Assembly: GCA_951406725.2 (NCBI GenBank)
Contig: OX597816.1
Span: 138,074,001-138,138,000 of the forward strand
Origin: Octopus vulgaris
Lineage: Eukaryota
Direction of reading: 5' to 3'
Length of the DNA: 64,000 nucleotides
The position numbers and the translations under genes were made by a program. Below, in pieces: positions 12,678 through 26,748 of the stretch (its first letter is position 1; each line of letters opens with the position of its first letter). A model generated the notes under the pieces. The model did not search any database and was not told the origin of the DNA. It saw nothing but the letters and a program-made list of their open reading frames with translations.

Positions 12678-13290
12678 TATATTTGTGTGAGATATAGCAT
12701 TAGAAGAGTAATTCCGTATCAGAACAGGAGAAAAAATATCCTTGATATTATTTATTCACCATTACCCTTATTTCAGCATTTGCATGTGCGTATTTGCATG
12801 TATATAGCTATATTCGTCTGTATTTTAATGTACGTTATATATATATATGTATTGTGATATTCCGAGATGGTTTTATTATTTTTTTTTTTTTGCGAAACAC
12901 ACTACACGCACTATATATTCGTTCTTCAGCCGTTTATAGCTGTTCTTATTTTAACATATATCCATTGTCCGGAAATGTTTCTTCCTGCAGGAGAATACAC
13001 GAGAGCAGAAAGTGTCGCAGAAGAGATCACAGATGTGTGACAAAAGATTTCCTGAAAATGGACATTCCCAAAGATATCACTATGGCTATCCCGATGGATA
13101 GATATGACTATGCATGTACGCATATAGGTGCGTGTGTTCTGTTTGTTTTTTAAACACCAGTCTTCGTCTTTTTTTTTTTGTAAATTCTCACTACATATAT
13201 ATGTGTGTGTGTGTGTTAGACAAAATGAGATGACAAAGCCAAGGCTGTGAGGAGTTTTCAGGACATTTATAAGGAAAATGATCTAGATAC

Positions 13291-13339
13291 AGTCTTATAT
13301 ATATTTCTGTGATACTATGGCTATCATTTCATCAGGGAC
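13291..13339 (-). ncRNA. Degenerate type I hammerhead
   Basis: GUCc CUGAUGA aa UGAUA gccauag UAUCA ca GAAA uauaua UA^ aGAC. Mismatches at the stem bases. Confidence 0.45.
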
Positions 13340-13454
13340 AATGTGAGAACTTGCTTTGCATTTATGTGCTTACTCGCGTGGTGTATATATATATGTAATA
13401 CAAAAAATAATATAAATATATGCATATATACCTACATCTATATGTAGATATACA

Positions 13455-13775
13455 TGCATATATGAGTACAGGACATACAAAATAACGTTGGACCCAATGA
13501 GAAACGAAAACATAAAAACAAAAACATAGAAACGAGCATTTTTTCGAACAAAAACAACAACAAACAAGCACAGAAACAAGACATACAACATAAAGAATAT
13601 TCCCCTTCTTCAGTTGTCCCTGTTACATCTACTCACGTTTTCCGAAGGCAATGACAAGACGCGACTTCATTGAATCAGTCATTCCCGCAAAGCAAATTAA
13701 ATAAAATTTGGAATTTTTTGCGGAGGGTGAGATTGGTAAAAAGAACAGGACAGTGAGAACAAAACAGTAAAAACA

Positions 13776-13780
<5 letters not shown>
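13455..13780 (-). mobile_element. ~330-bp non-autonomous element family 1, flanked by TA-rich repeats
   Basis: Homologous to 30205-30500 (-) and 48360-48700 (+). Confidence 0.8.
13602..13663 (-). ncRNA. Non-circularly permuted hammerhead, family 1 (decayed)
   Basis: CGCG UC^ UUGUC auug CCUUC g GAAA a CGUG (15 nt) GACAA CUGAAGA a GGGG. Two extra nucleotides around GAAA. Confidence 0.55.
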
Positions 13781-13816
<36 letters not shown>

Positions 13817-14407
13817 GCGCACGTACTTATAAGTGGTGTGTGGGTTTGTGCAAGTAATGAATAACTTCTGTATGTAGGAAATAATGCATGTGTATTGTGA
13901 TTCATATTTTTGTACAAACAAATATATGTGACTCGCTTGCTAGTTAGGTAGAAAGATTGGTAGCTGCATAACGAAACCCATTCGGACACATATACACATA
14001 TATACTGAATCAGATCCAGAGCCGGCAAGCTAATTTTCGCATATAAACATGCTAAAGCATTGTCCTAATGCACCCACAGATTCAAAGACACACACGCACA
14101 CACTCACACACATGTACGCACACACTCACACACATGTACGCACACACACACACACACACACACTTATTTGCTTGCAGATGTAGACACATACAAAAAACAA
14201 GCACACGGTAGTCAAGTATTTAGATGGACAACGAAACTAGATAACGACAAAAGTAACAAGTTAGGGGATAAAAAAGAAAGAGAGAAAAAAGCAAAAAAAG
14301 AGAAAGAAAGAGAGAGTGAACGTATGCGAAAATTAAATAGATGGAGGGTTATTCTACTAGGTAGATTTATACATTGATAAATATATGATTTCACACACTC
14401 ACACACA

Positions 14408-14472
<65 letters not shown>

Positions 14473-14503
14473 GCACACACACACGCACACACACATTTGT
14501 TTG

Positions 14504-14556
<53 letters not shown>

Positions 14557-14670
14557 GAGTGTGTGTGTGTATATATATGTATGTGTATATATATATATCT
14601 AGAGGGAGATGGGGGAGGGAAATAGCTGGATAGATAGATAAGTAGATGGATATGTAGGTAGTTAGGTAGG

Positions 14671-14789
<119 letters not shown>

Positions 14790-15429
14790 AATATAGATTG
14801 GTAGATAAATAGATTACTAGATAGATAGTGAAGAGAAGCTGAGAAGTTATGTGTTTATCAAAATGCTGCAGACATATTCCCTTATCTGGCAATCTGTCTT
14901 GTTAGAATTGAAATGTTGCGAGCAGTTTGACCATAATTCAAATGAATAAAATAGAGATATTGCGTGCGAAATCTAATGTAATGGCTGCCAATACAGCAGA
15001 AAGACACACTAGCCTTCAGCTAAATCTCGTCCATTGAGCCAAGTCTCGTTCATCTGCCAATTTCAGGAGATTAATCCATCTGGACTGCTGACGGATGATT
15101 TATCACTACTAAAACAAAGTTATACTGAAAGACTTCTCATTCATTAAAATATAAAGCTATTCCGCTCTTTTTCTTGCTGTTTCGGAGATTTACTTCAACG
15201 ATATTGACATAGTCTAGTTAATCACTAATAATAATAGTAATAATAATAATAATGATAATAAAAATAATAATAATAATAATAATAACAACAACAATAATAA
15301 TAATAACAACAACAACAACAACAATGAAAACAAGAACGACAGCAATGGATAGTACAGCAGTTTTTATGAGAACAACGTTTCACTCATACAGTAGTAAGCT
15401 TGCTATTCGGAAAGGGAAGGTACATAAGA

Positions 15430-15476
<47 letters not shown>

Positions 15477-15564
15477 GGGAGAGTTTACGAAAAAAACAAA
15501 AGACGAAGACCGGTGGTGTACAAAACAAACAGATGTATTAGTATAACGCTGAGAAATAGAAAAA

Positions 15565-15606
15565 GTCTTTTACGTTTCGAGCCCACGCTCTTCTACAGAA
15601 AGGGAC
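15565..15606 (-). ncRNA. Minimal type I hammerhead-like motif with U at core position 6
   Basis: GUccCUUU CUGUAGA a GAGC gugg GCUC GAAA CG UA^ AAAGAC, within a repeat at ~15475-15676 between (TA)n tracts. Confidence 0.55.
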
Positions 15607-15695
15607 ACAGAAAAAACAAGGAGAGAAACAAGGAGAGAAAAAAATGTGTGTAGTGGCTAACGATCTATCATGGCGTTACACACATATATATATAC

Positions 15696-15748
<53 letters not shown>

Positions 15749-16736
15749 CACACACACATATATATATATATATATATGCATATATATATATATATATAGA
15801 TACATATTTATATATATATACATATATATATGTGTGTGTGTGTGTATATATATATATATACATACATATATACACATGCATATGTATATACGTGACTGCG
15901 AGCGCATGTGCGTGTGCGTGTGAGTGTATGCGCATATATATGTGTGCACGCGTGTGTTCGTTCATACGTATGTCTGTGTGCGATTGGGCGCGCGCGTGCG
16001 CTACCTATATATAGATGCGCACGCTCACGTCAAGCAGACATGCACATAGAACCATATAAACTCGTCCACACACACACACACATACAGCTATATATTTGCA
16101 CATACCACCCCTTCCTACTTCCCCTCCAACAATCCGACTGACTTCCTGTCACCACGCGGTCGATTTCCACTCACCATGTGGTATTTCCCAACTAACTTTT
16201 ACCACTGTATTTTACTGTTATATCAACATGAAACCACGACACCACGTGACATTGCTCGACCAAACGCAGTCCATTTTACGGTAATAACAATTAAAGTCTT
16301 TCATTCAAATTCAAAATGACTGAAGGCTAGCATTTAGCTTCAAACTCAGAGAACCAACGAATTGGAATCAAACTGTTTTGATCCATACATGTAATTCCCA
16401 ATAAATTCTTTTCTTTTGCCCTCTCACTCGTATATATGTATATATATATATATATGCACATATATATATTGATTGATTGATTGAATTATAAATTATGTAT
16501 AAAGATAATCTTTTAATTTTTTATCTTTTACTTGTTTCAGTCATTAGACTGCGGACATGCTACAGAAACTCTTTGAAGAATTTTTGATCGAATGAATCGA
16601 CACCAGTACTTAATTTTATTTAGGCCTGGTACCTATTCTATCAATACGTCTTGCCGAACGGCTAAGTTGCGGGGAAGTAAAAACACCAACATCGGTTGTC
16701 AAGAGATGAACACACACACACACACACACCTATGTG

Positions 16737-16773
<37 letters not shown>

Positions 16774-16965
16774 TAGAGAGTAAAAGTAGGAAAAATTATA
16801 TCACAAACGTTACAGTAGAGAAACCTCCATGATATAAATAATATTGTATTAATAATTAAATGGCGGTGCCCCAGTCTGGCCACAGCTTGTGAGCTGAAAC
16901 TAAATAAAATTTAAAAAATATAAAAATATAAAGTATAACTATGATCATTTAAAAGATTTGAGAGA

Positions 16966-17054
16966 TCTTACGATCGTTTCGTGAAAGTACTACCTTTCGA
17001 AATGAAATCCAAAGTTGATAACTATTAGTAGGAAGTATATCCACTCCTCAGAGA
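16966..17054 (-). ncRNA. Type I hammerhead with extended stem II
   Basis: UCU CUGAGGA GUGGA..UACU-UCCU..AGG-u-AGUA..UUCAC GAAA C GAUC G UA^ AGA; palindromic stem III (ACGAUCGU). Confidence 0.6.
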
Positions 17055-17530
17055 AAATGATGAATTTCAGTGTAAATGTAAGAGCGACAAAATACTGCTC
17101 CGAAATATATCCAAAAGACAACAAATGAAGCCTAAAATAACTGACAATGTGTTGAACTATATCCGAGTAAGTAATACTCCTTAAAATTTATTTCCATTTT
17201 CTGAATGAAACGATGGTTTTTAACTATGTGTCACTTCCGTCACTCACACAACACGTGTAAACACGCCTGCCACACTGACAAAGCGCTGGACTACACCCGA
17301 GTAAGTTACACTCATTAAAAGTTTTGGACTATATCCGATTAAGCACACACCACAAACACATAAATACGTAAACTAATAAATTTCGTATACACCCTAGTTT
17401 TACATGAACACATTTTAATATTTCAAAATAACATTAAATAATGTATAACCAAACGCACACACACACATAGGCAAATCGAATAAGCACAAACGTCAAAGAC
17501 TAGTCATTATTGATCACGAAAACATTAAGC

Positions 17531-17600
<70 letters not shown>

Positions 17601-17825
17601 CCAAGGAAAAATAGGAATGGATATTAATTTTTTGTTCATTTCTTTGTGTCTCATTTAACTACATTTATTTGTTTATAATTATAGAAACGGCGCTCTATCA
17701 AATTGTCTACGCTACAGAAGCCCAGTGCTAACACAAAAGTGTTAATGACAATTAGCCAAAAATCATATCGGATCTGAGGAAATATTAACAATGACAAATA
17801 GTAAAAACTGAAAATAATAATAATG

Positions 17826-18735
<910 letters not shown>

Positions 18736-18737
<2 letters not shown>

Positions 18738-21560
18738 AAGGAAGCGGTTGGAATTTCCCTGTGTCCTGATCGATGATACATCTAGTGATGGTGACACAAA
18801 AAAACCCTGGTAGCTGCGCAACCTGATAATCGCTAGCTCATATGAGTGACAATGAAAGTACAAAATATTGTGAATAACGGGGGTAATGAAACTGAAGCTC
18901 TTGATGGTGACAGTGTTGTACCCGGCAGGCTCAGAGATATTGGTCTGGCTCCAACCTGTCGTTATCCAGCAATGTACCAGCACACACGGCGTTGATGGAG
19001 CAAATAAGTCAATGCTACGATCATGGAATGTCACTACCTAGCAAGCCTCTATACGAAAATGGTGCTCATATTAGGTGTTACCGACAACGTATGTTTGACC
19101 AAGGATTGTTTCAACCCACGGAACAGAGATTGTATGATCAAGCTAGAGCAATAAGAAAAATCATTATTTCACAGAGGTAGAGCTCGAAGCTATCAAAAAA
19201 TGGGTATTGGAAAGCAGCACCAGAGGCAACGATGAAAATACAGTTCTTACTGATAAAAGTAATCTCATCGCAAAAAACAGAGGTTTAAATCTCTAATAAA
19301 CCACAGGAAAGGAAGAGTGATAGCTTGCTTGATGAGAGACATAGATGGTCTGGAAGAAGACAACACTAATGGTGACATGACAGATAGGTAAAAGACAATC
19401 TACGACAGGATAAAGGCAAGGCTACAGGAGAAAGATAGCGACATTATTTGCAACCTTAAGAAAGGTGATCGGTAGAAATTGAACCAAGAAACGAAAAATG
19501 TGAATGAAATTCTGAACTACATCAGAACAAAAAACATCACAGAAACAAATAATTTGATCAAGGCATCAAGCATTGATGTAGCAGAAAATGTGGGTGATGA
19601 TGTCAAGAAAAAGAAATATAATGGGAGTTACAAACGAAATGTTCCATGGTGGAAAAGAAGAATACATGCGGGATGAGATATGCTTTCGAAGGATATTTCT
19701 GTGTTAGAAAAGAAAAGAAGGAGCTTAAAAGCGAACAAAAATACATGTCACTGAACAGGAAGTATGATATTGAAAGAAAGGGCCTGAAAATGGCTATGGA
19801 GGAACTAAAACAGCGCCTCGATGAAAAGAAAGCAAAGATGGTAAGATACGACCAAAGTGTTGTATCGCATGTTCGAAGGGCAATACAACTGTAGCGACTT
19901 GGTTTCGAATAGTACCGAAATGGAAGTGTTAACTGAAAGCAGTCGTAAAACAACAAGAACAGCGACAGCAGCAACTACAGAAGTTAACAGAGTTCTTACT
20001 GCAGTCGAAAAATACGACAGAATCATTTTCAGCAGACGGTGTAGAGCAGAGTGTAAAGCTGTGAGTTGCGTATTGTCGAGGGTTATTACCAGTATCTTGA
20101 AAAGAAAGATTTGCGAGGACATTATTATTATCCCGTTATATCGTACGTCGACCGTGCGATACAAAACAAAGAATAAAGGGATACCAACAGAATAGATTAT
20201 TCAGAGTAGATCAGAAGAGATTCTACAAAGAAATAAATGGAGAGTGTACAGATGAAAAGTTGATACCAGATAACATTGAAAGTCAAAGGTTTTGGAGTGA
20301 CATCTGGAGCACAAGAAGGATGCACAAGAAGCACATAAGGAGCACAAGAAGGATGCTGAATGATTGCAAGAACTGAAACAAACAGTAGGCTGTCCACAAC
20401 AGGCAGAACTAGTCATTTCAGTTAGGGAAGTGAAGGAAATCAGCAACATAATGGGCAACTGGATGGCCCCGGAACCAGATGGAGTAGAAGGCTACTGGAT
20501 CAAAAAATTTGGTGAATGCTATGCACTAATAGCAGTACAACTCACACCTAATTAAATACCAACCAAGTAACACCAGATTGGCAGACAATAGGTAGGACAG
20601 TGCTGTGCTTGAAAAAACATCGAAAGAGGCAATACGGTAGACAATTACAGACCGATATTCTGCTTGCCACTTCTGTGAAAATTATTGACTGGAATAGTCG
20701 TAGAGTCAATGTACGGACATCTGAAAAAAATGGAGTCCTGCCACATGAACAGAGATACCAAGGATCAACTCCTGGTAGATAAAACTCTACTTAGAGACTA
20801 AAAGAAGAGGAAAACTAATTTAGACATGTCATGGATCGATTATCGTAAGGCATATGATATGATCCCATATTCTTGGAATATGGAATGTATGAACCTATTT
20901 GGTATTGCATCGAATGTTGAGCGATTGCTTGGAAAAAGTATGGAGGACGGAACTGATAGTATATGGAATAAGTTTAGGGACAATAGAAATTAGGAGATAC
21001 ATCTTCCAAGGGGACTCCCTGTCCCCACGCATCTTTGTACTGTGCATGATAACACTAACACTGATTTTCAGGAAAGAAAATGCTGGATATGTATTCAAGA
21101 GCCGCCAACAAAATGTCAATCACTCGCTAATCATGGATGACCTCAAATCATGGATGACCTCGTTGATACAGTGTATACTTTCAGTGCCTGTATGCGAATG
21201 GCGTTCAGAATGAAAACGTGTGGTATGTTAGTCTTGAAGAGAGGCAAAATTAAATGTATGGACGGGCTAGCGATACAGTCGGCGGAAGTTATGAAGCAGA
21301 TAGTATAGACGGGTTTTAAGTACTTGGGGATATTGGAAATGGATAAATTGATGGAGAAAGAAATGACAGAAAAATTTTAGGTTGAGTACATGCGCAAACT
21401 GAAACTGATCCTTAAGTCTAAATTAAACAGTCGGACTAAGAATGAAGCTATCAACACCTAGGCGGTTTCACTCCTTAGATATGGAGCAGGGGTAATCGCA
21501 TGGACAGTAGACGAACTAAATAGCTTAGACAGAAAAACAAGGAAGTTGCCGACTAGAAAA
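18736..21560 (+). mobile_element. Decayed R4/Dong-like retrotransposon, 5' region and reverse transcriptase
   Basis: EQRLYDQARAIRK, PWWKRRI, APEPDGVEGYWIKK, WIDYRKAYDMIP, IFQGDSLSP, MDDLK; many stops and frameshifts. Confidence 0.88.
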
Positions 21561-21569
21561 TAGATATAA

Positions 21570-21880
21570 TACTTCACCAATAGTTACATTGCTCAGTGAG
21601 AAGAGAGAACTGAATGGCGGCAGTGAAAACGTAGAGCAAGGTGTAAATGTAAATGCAATCTCAGAAAATGAAGCAGAAGTAATAGGAAGAGCAATAGCAC
21701 AAGAATACGATGATGAACAACAAAATATAGTGAGGATGCTGAGCCGATATATTAGAGAAGACCAGGATCAAGCACCCCTCAGGGTGATGTACGTTGATCG
21801 ACGCAAGCTCTAAGTTGAAACCGAAAGGATAGATGTGATCGTTGGGCTATTCCAGATGAGAAATATAACTGAAATATAAC
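21570..21880 (+). mobile_element. Probable N-terminal fragment of a related retrotransposon
   Basis: DRRKL*VETERID..RNITE resembles the 19470-19550 region. Confidence 0.5.
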
Positions 21881-22275
21881 TGAGGGGTACGTCGATTACA
21901 TCGCCTCTAGTACTTGAATGGTACCCATTTTATCGATCCCGAAAAGATGAAAGGCTAAGTCGACCTCACCGGCATTTGAACGCAGAATGTAAAGCCGGAA
22001 GAAATACCGCTCAGCATTTTGTCCGGTGCACAATGATTCTACGAGCTCGGTGAAGAAGAAGAAGAAGAAGAAGAAGAAGAAGAAGAAGAAGAAGAAGAAG
22101 AAGAAGAAGAAGAAGAAGAAGAAACAGAAGGGATAGGAAGGAGAGGATCAGAATAAGAAGATGAAAAGCCGCCATCATCAAGTTTCGTCCACATTTGTTA
22201 ATCCAATCTAAACAACTATGAATAAACGTCTCAGATTCTAAGATCAGTATTTTGCATGATGATTGTGTAAGTAGA

Positions 22276-22312
<37 letters not shown>

Positions 22313-22438
22313 CGTGTGTGCGTGTGTGTGAATGTATGCATGTGTGTTGGAAATGAAAGGAAAGACAAAAAAGAAAAGTTATATATAAATATATAAATAC
22401 ATACATACATTTGTATATATATATACATATATATGTAT

Positions 22439-22474
<36 letters not shown>

Positions 22475-22509
22475 GTATATATATACATGTATATATGTAT
22501 GTATGTATT

Positions 22510-22568
<59 letters not shown>

Positions 22569-22838
22569 CAATAGATAATACACCTTGAGAAGTGAAATTT
22601 GTTGACAACTGATATCTGAAGATTATTATCCTATATTACAGCCGATGTTTTAGTTTGAAATTAACATTTTCCTTCACTTTATCCCACCCCGCCGTTTCTC
22701 TTTTAATATCTCTTTCGGCAAGCAATTGTTATTTCCCCACCTATCATCAGCTTCGTTTCAAAACGTTGACTGACGAGCATCACTCTCAGTGTGTGTCTAA
22801 TACCCATTCTTACTTTACGCTATTTTCTTTTCCCATGT

Positions 22839-22882
<44 letters not shown>

Positions 22883-23354
22883 TTACTCATACTCTTTCTT
22901 TTTCTTTCCCTCTCCCTCTCTTTCTTTTGCTAAGATACAACAAGGTTAGTTGTTTCTTGTAAGTCTCCAACAGATGTCGCTGGCATTAACTGAGCTTGAT
23001 GGGAATTAGATACGTACGCTAAAGGTTAATAAACCGTATGCTAAAGAGATTAGTGTTGTCCATGGTTCTTTAATCCCTTTGTCGACCACGTTGGTGGTGT
23101 AAAAGCAGGGCTGAAGCGAGTTGTATGTATGTGTGTATGTAATAAGGAGAGATGTGGTAGTATTTACCCCGGATGTTTCTGACGGAGTGCCTGACAGAAA
23201 TAAATGTAAGCTTATGCTAGTTCAAAAGTCATTACAACAATAATTTTTTTTATATCGACACTAGCTTGCTTTTCCTCCCTTCACATATACGTACATAGCA
23301 GAATTACCTGAACACATAGAGATGTGCAGAATATGCTTGTACACGCACATGCAC

Positions 23355-23398
<44 letters not shown>

Positions 23399-23428
23399 CA
23401 CACGCACAATTCCGTCATCATATATGAA

Positions 23429-23470
<42 letters not shown>

Positions 23471-23648
23471 AGTGTGTATGAGTGTGTATGTGAATGAGTA
23501 TGTGTGTGTGTGTGTGTGTGCATATGACACTCTCAGACGTATATAGCAATGCAGTGTTGCTGTATGTAGAATACAGAAATACAGATGTTCGAATATGCTT
23601 GCTCATATAAACAAGTATATAGATACACTAGCACAGACATGGAGAGAT

Positions 23649-23695
<47 letters not shown>

Positions 23696-24576
23696 CACAC
23701 ACACACATACAGTCACACACCTACACATATCCATTCTCTCTTCCTCCTCGATCGCGAATGTGACGTATGGGGATTTAGAAAGAGTTCGTTAAATTCTGGA
23801 AGAATAAATGCAAAGTAATGAGTTAAGGATTGGAAGTACACCTATACACGTACTCACGCGAGGATATATTCACACTCTCCCTTGTATTGAAAGTCTCATT
23901 CTGTATGTACTCAGCCCCGAATTTGCTTCGATAGATTATATCGACTCAGCATTTTCTCAGGTTCTGTACATCGATTATGTTATCCAGCGCCCTCCTACCT
24001 GATCCTCTATTAAAAGAGACTTTCTTTTTTTTTATTTTTATTGCCGTTCAGTGATGTACTACTCAGTGGGCCCTCCTTTGGCGGTTCCGGTTGAATGTCT
24101 GTCACTACTTTTTCTTTCTTTTCTATCAGTAGAGGTTGCCCACCCATTATTAAGTGTAACTTTTCTTGTACTTGGAGAAAGTGTGTGGGGTTACCACAAA
24201 ACTCTTTTTGAGATGCAAAGTTGTTGAAATCGGTGAGGTTTGAACTTAGGCCACCGTGAACTGAAGCAAATATCAGGAAGCACCCCATTTGAGAATCCAT
24301 CGACACTGTCAATTTATCGCATAAATTGGTGTCAAAATTTTGGCAGAAGCCCAGCAATTTTTAGGGAAAGTGTTAGTTGATTACATCGAACGCGGTACCC
24401 TACCGGTATCTATTTTATCGACCCTGAAACGGAAATCTCGAACTCGGCGGAATTTGAAATCAGAAAGTAAAGAACCGAAAGAAATGCCGCTAAGTACTTT
24501 GTTCGGCGCGCAATAATTCTGCCGGTTCGCTGTCTTAATTTATGACTTTATTAAAACAGATTTACACATATACTTA

Positions 24577-24784
24577 CAAGGGGATGCTGAAAAGTTTAAG
24601 GGTATCGAAAAAAGCCTGGCTAGAGGCCCAGTATTCCGAGTTCTTTTACAGGGCTTAGAAAAACTGAAGGACCGTTGCAATAAATGGGTAAACCTGAGCG
24701 AAGAATATGTTGAATAATATCACAATTAACTGATCCTGCTGTATTTTCTTTGACCCAAAGCCAGGAACTTTTCAGCACTCCTTG
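24577..24784 (+). mobile_element. Mariner-derived MITE
   Basis: TIRs CAAGG..TGCTGAAAAGTT with TA on both sides; remnant GLEKLKDRCNKWVNLSEEYVE* resembles the mariner transposase C-terminus. Confidence 0.8.
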
Positions 24785-25120
24785 TACTTAAACCAGTGAT
24801 TCATCTTAACCTAGGCAATGTTTACCCTTGGAAGCCTTGTGAATTTATAGGAGGGTGCAAACACCAAAAGGTTGTTACGAGGGCTGTTTAGAGGATTCGG
24901 GATGTTTCTTAGAAATGAAATATTTCAAACAGCTACCATAATTATATTTTAAACCCATTTTCAAAAATACTTTTTTGGGATTAAAATATGAGTTGGCCAT
25001 TGTGCTATCACTTCCAAATTATACAGTTCATTGACGAAAACGAAAGTGTTTTTTGTTGTTTTTTGGTGCCATAATTAAGAGAATATTTTTGCATTTCAAT
25101 ATATTTGTTTTTAAAATATT

Positions 25121-25503
25121 ACTAACAGTATCGCCCGGCGTTTCTCAGGTTTGTTTCGACCCTTTAGAATTGGAATTTTTGAAAAGAAAAGATTTTGCAT
25201 TATGTATCTTGTTATTCTCTTTAAGTGAACATTTTTCTGGTTGAAATACACCGAAAAATGGCGACACAGCAGTCAAAACATCGTAAAAAACAGGGATTTT
25301 CATAGAAAAAAAGCACCTTTTTGATATAAATACTTTTTGGTTTTAACATGGTACAATTTGAATTTTCTACGGAATGAAGAGCAAGCCGTCTTCTATCATA
25401 CTCTCAATTTTGGTCAACTTGCGCCGCAGGGTCTCGGAGGAGATAGTATTAGTTGAAGGCTACCAAACCTGCTACACACAGACAACTTCAGCTTTATATA
25501 TAT
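25121..25503 (-). mobile_element. Non-autonomous Helitron-like element
   Basis: Minus strand starts TATATATAAAGCTGAAGTTGTCTGTG and ends with a decayed GC hairpin plus TTAGT (CTAG-like). Confidence 0.5.
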
Positions 25504-26409
25504 GTTGCATCTCGCTATATTAAAGTAAAAGGAAGACGCGTTGCACTGAAGTGTGTGCGTTGTCAACATACAGCGTCTCAATACAGAATTTTCTTTGAAA
25601 GCCAGATACACCAGCGGTTAAAAGATGAAAGCTCAAATTTACTGGAACACGATAAGAATGAGTATATACCTCATTATCATTTGATTCCCGATGTTTAACG
25701 TACTCATAATAATTTATTACGTTGCGCGCGTGCGTTCGTGCGTACGTGCAGTTTTATAGTCTTAGACATAAATTGTAAAAGAATAGTATGTACGTAATTC
25801 ATTTGAACATTATTTATAGCATTTAAACAGAATAAGGCGTTTATATTCCTGCAACCCCTGTCTTAGTTCAAGTAGTAATTACTTGTTCTCTGATTTTGTG
25901 TATGACTTTATTTCCGGAACCATGTGGTTGGGGAGCAAACTTCTTACCCCACATCCATGCATTATCTGGCAGCTTCGACATTTTATTGATGAGATGATAT
26001 TTTATCTTTAGAACGACATTATAGGGTAGGTGTTAGAGGCCGGAAAGGGTTTGTTTAAACATACACAGGTAGAAGATTTGGGATAGATATATCCGGTTTA
26101 AATTCTAAAGAGTTAACACATTTCCAGACAAGTTTAATCTTAGTTTATTTGCTGTGTTTTTTTACCCCATGGTACTGACGCAGTAAATGAGCGATTAGAA
26201 CGCAAAACTGAAATCACTTCACTTTATTGAATTACCAAAAAACCTGTTTCCACGCCATAATAGCTTGTTTGATACAAAAATTGACAATATGTTTTACGGT
26301 ATTTAGGGACGTCACCCTACATTTCATGTTCAATTCTTGCTGAGTTCTGGAGTTGATAAAATAAATACCTATTAAATACTAATAATGTTGATTTAATCGA
26401 TTGTTTCCG

Positions 26410-26748
26410 TTGAGGTCGACTTTGCCTTTCATCCTTTCGGGGTCGATAAATTAAGTACCAGTTACGCACTGGGGCCGATGTAATCGACTTAATCCCTTTG
26501 TCTGTTCTTGTTTGACCCTCTATGTTTAGCCCTTTGTGGGCAATAAAGAAATAAGAAACGTTAGCACTCCAGGCGAAATGCTTAGCAGTATTTAGTCTGT
26601 CTTTGCGTTCTGAGTTCAAATTCCGCCGAGGTCGACTTTGCCTTTCATCCTTTCGGGGTCGATAAATTAAGTACCAGTTACGTACTGGGGTCGATCTAAT
26701 CGATTTACCCCTCCCCCCAAATTTCGGGCCTTGTGCCTAGAGTAGAAG
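26410..26748 (+). mobile_element. SINE family A, dimeric
   Basis: Two tandem central blocks and a CCCCTCCCCCCAAATTTCGGGCCTTGTGCCTAGAGTAG tail. Confidence 0.8.

Noticed and set aside
22700-22800. CUGAUGA (-) and CUGACGA (+) motifs
   Set aside because: No matching stem I/III or correctly placed GAAA.
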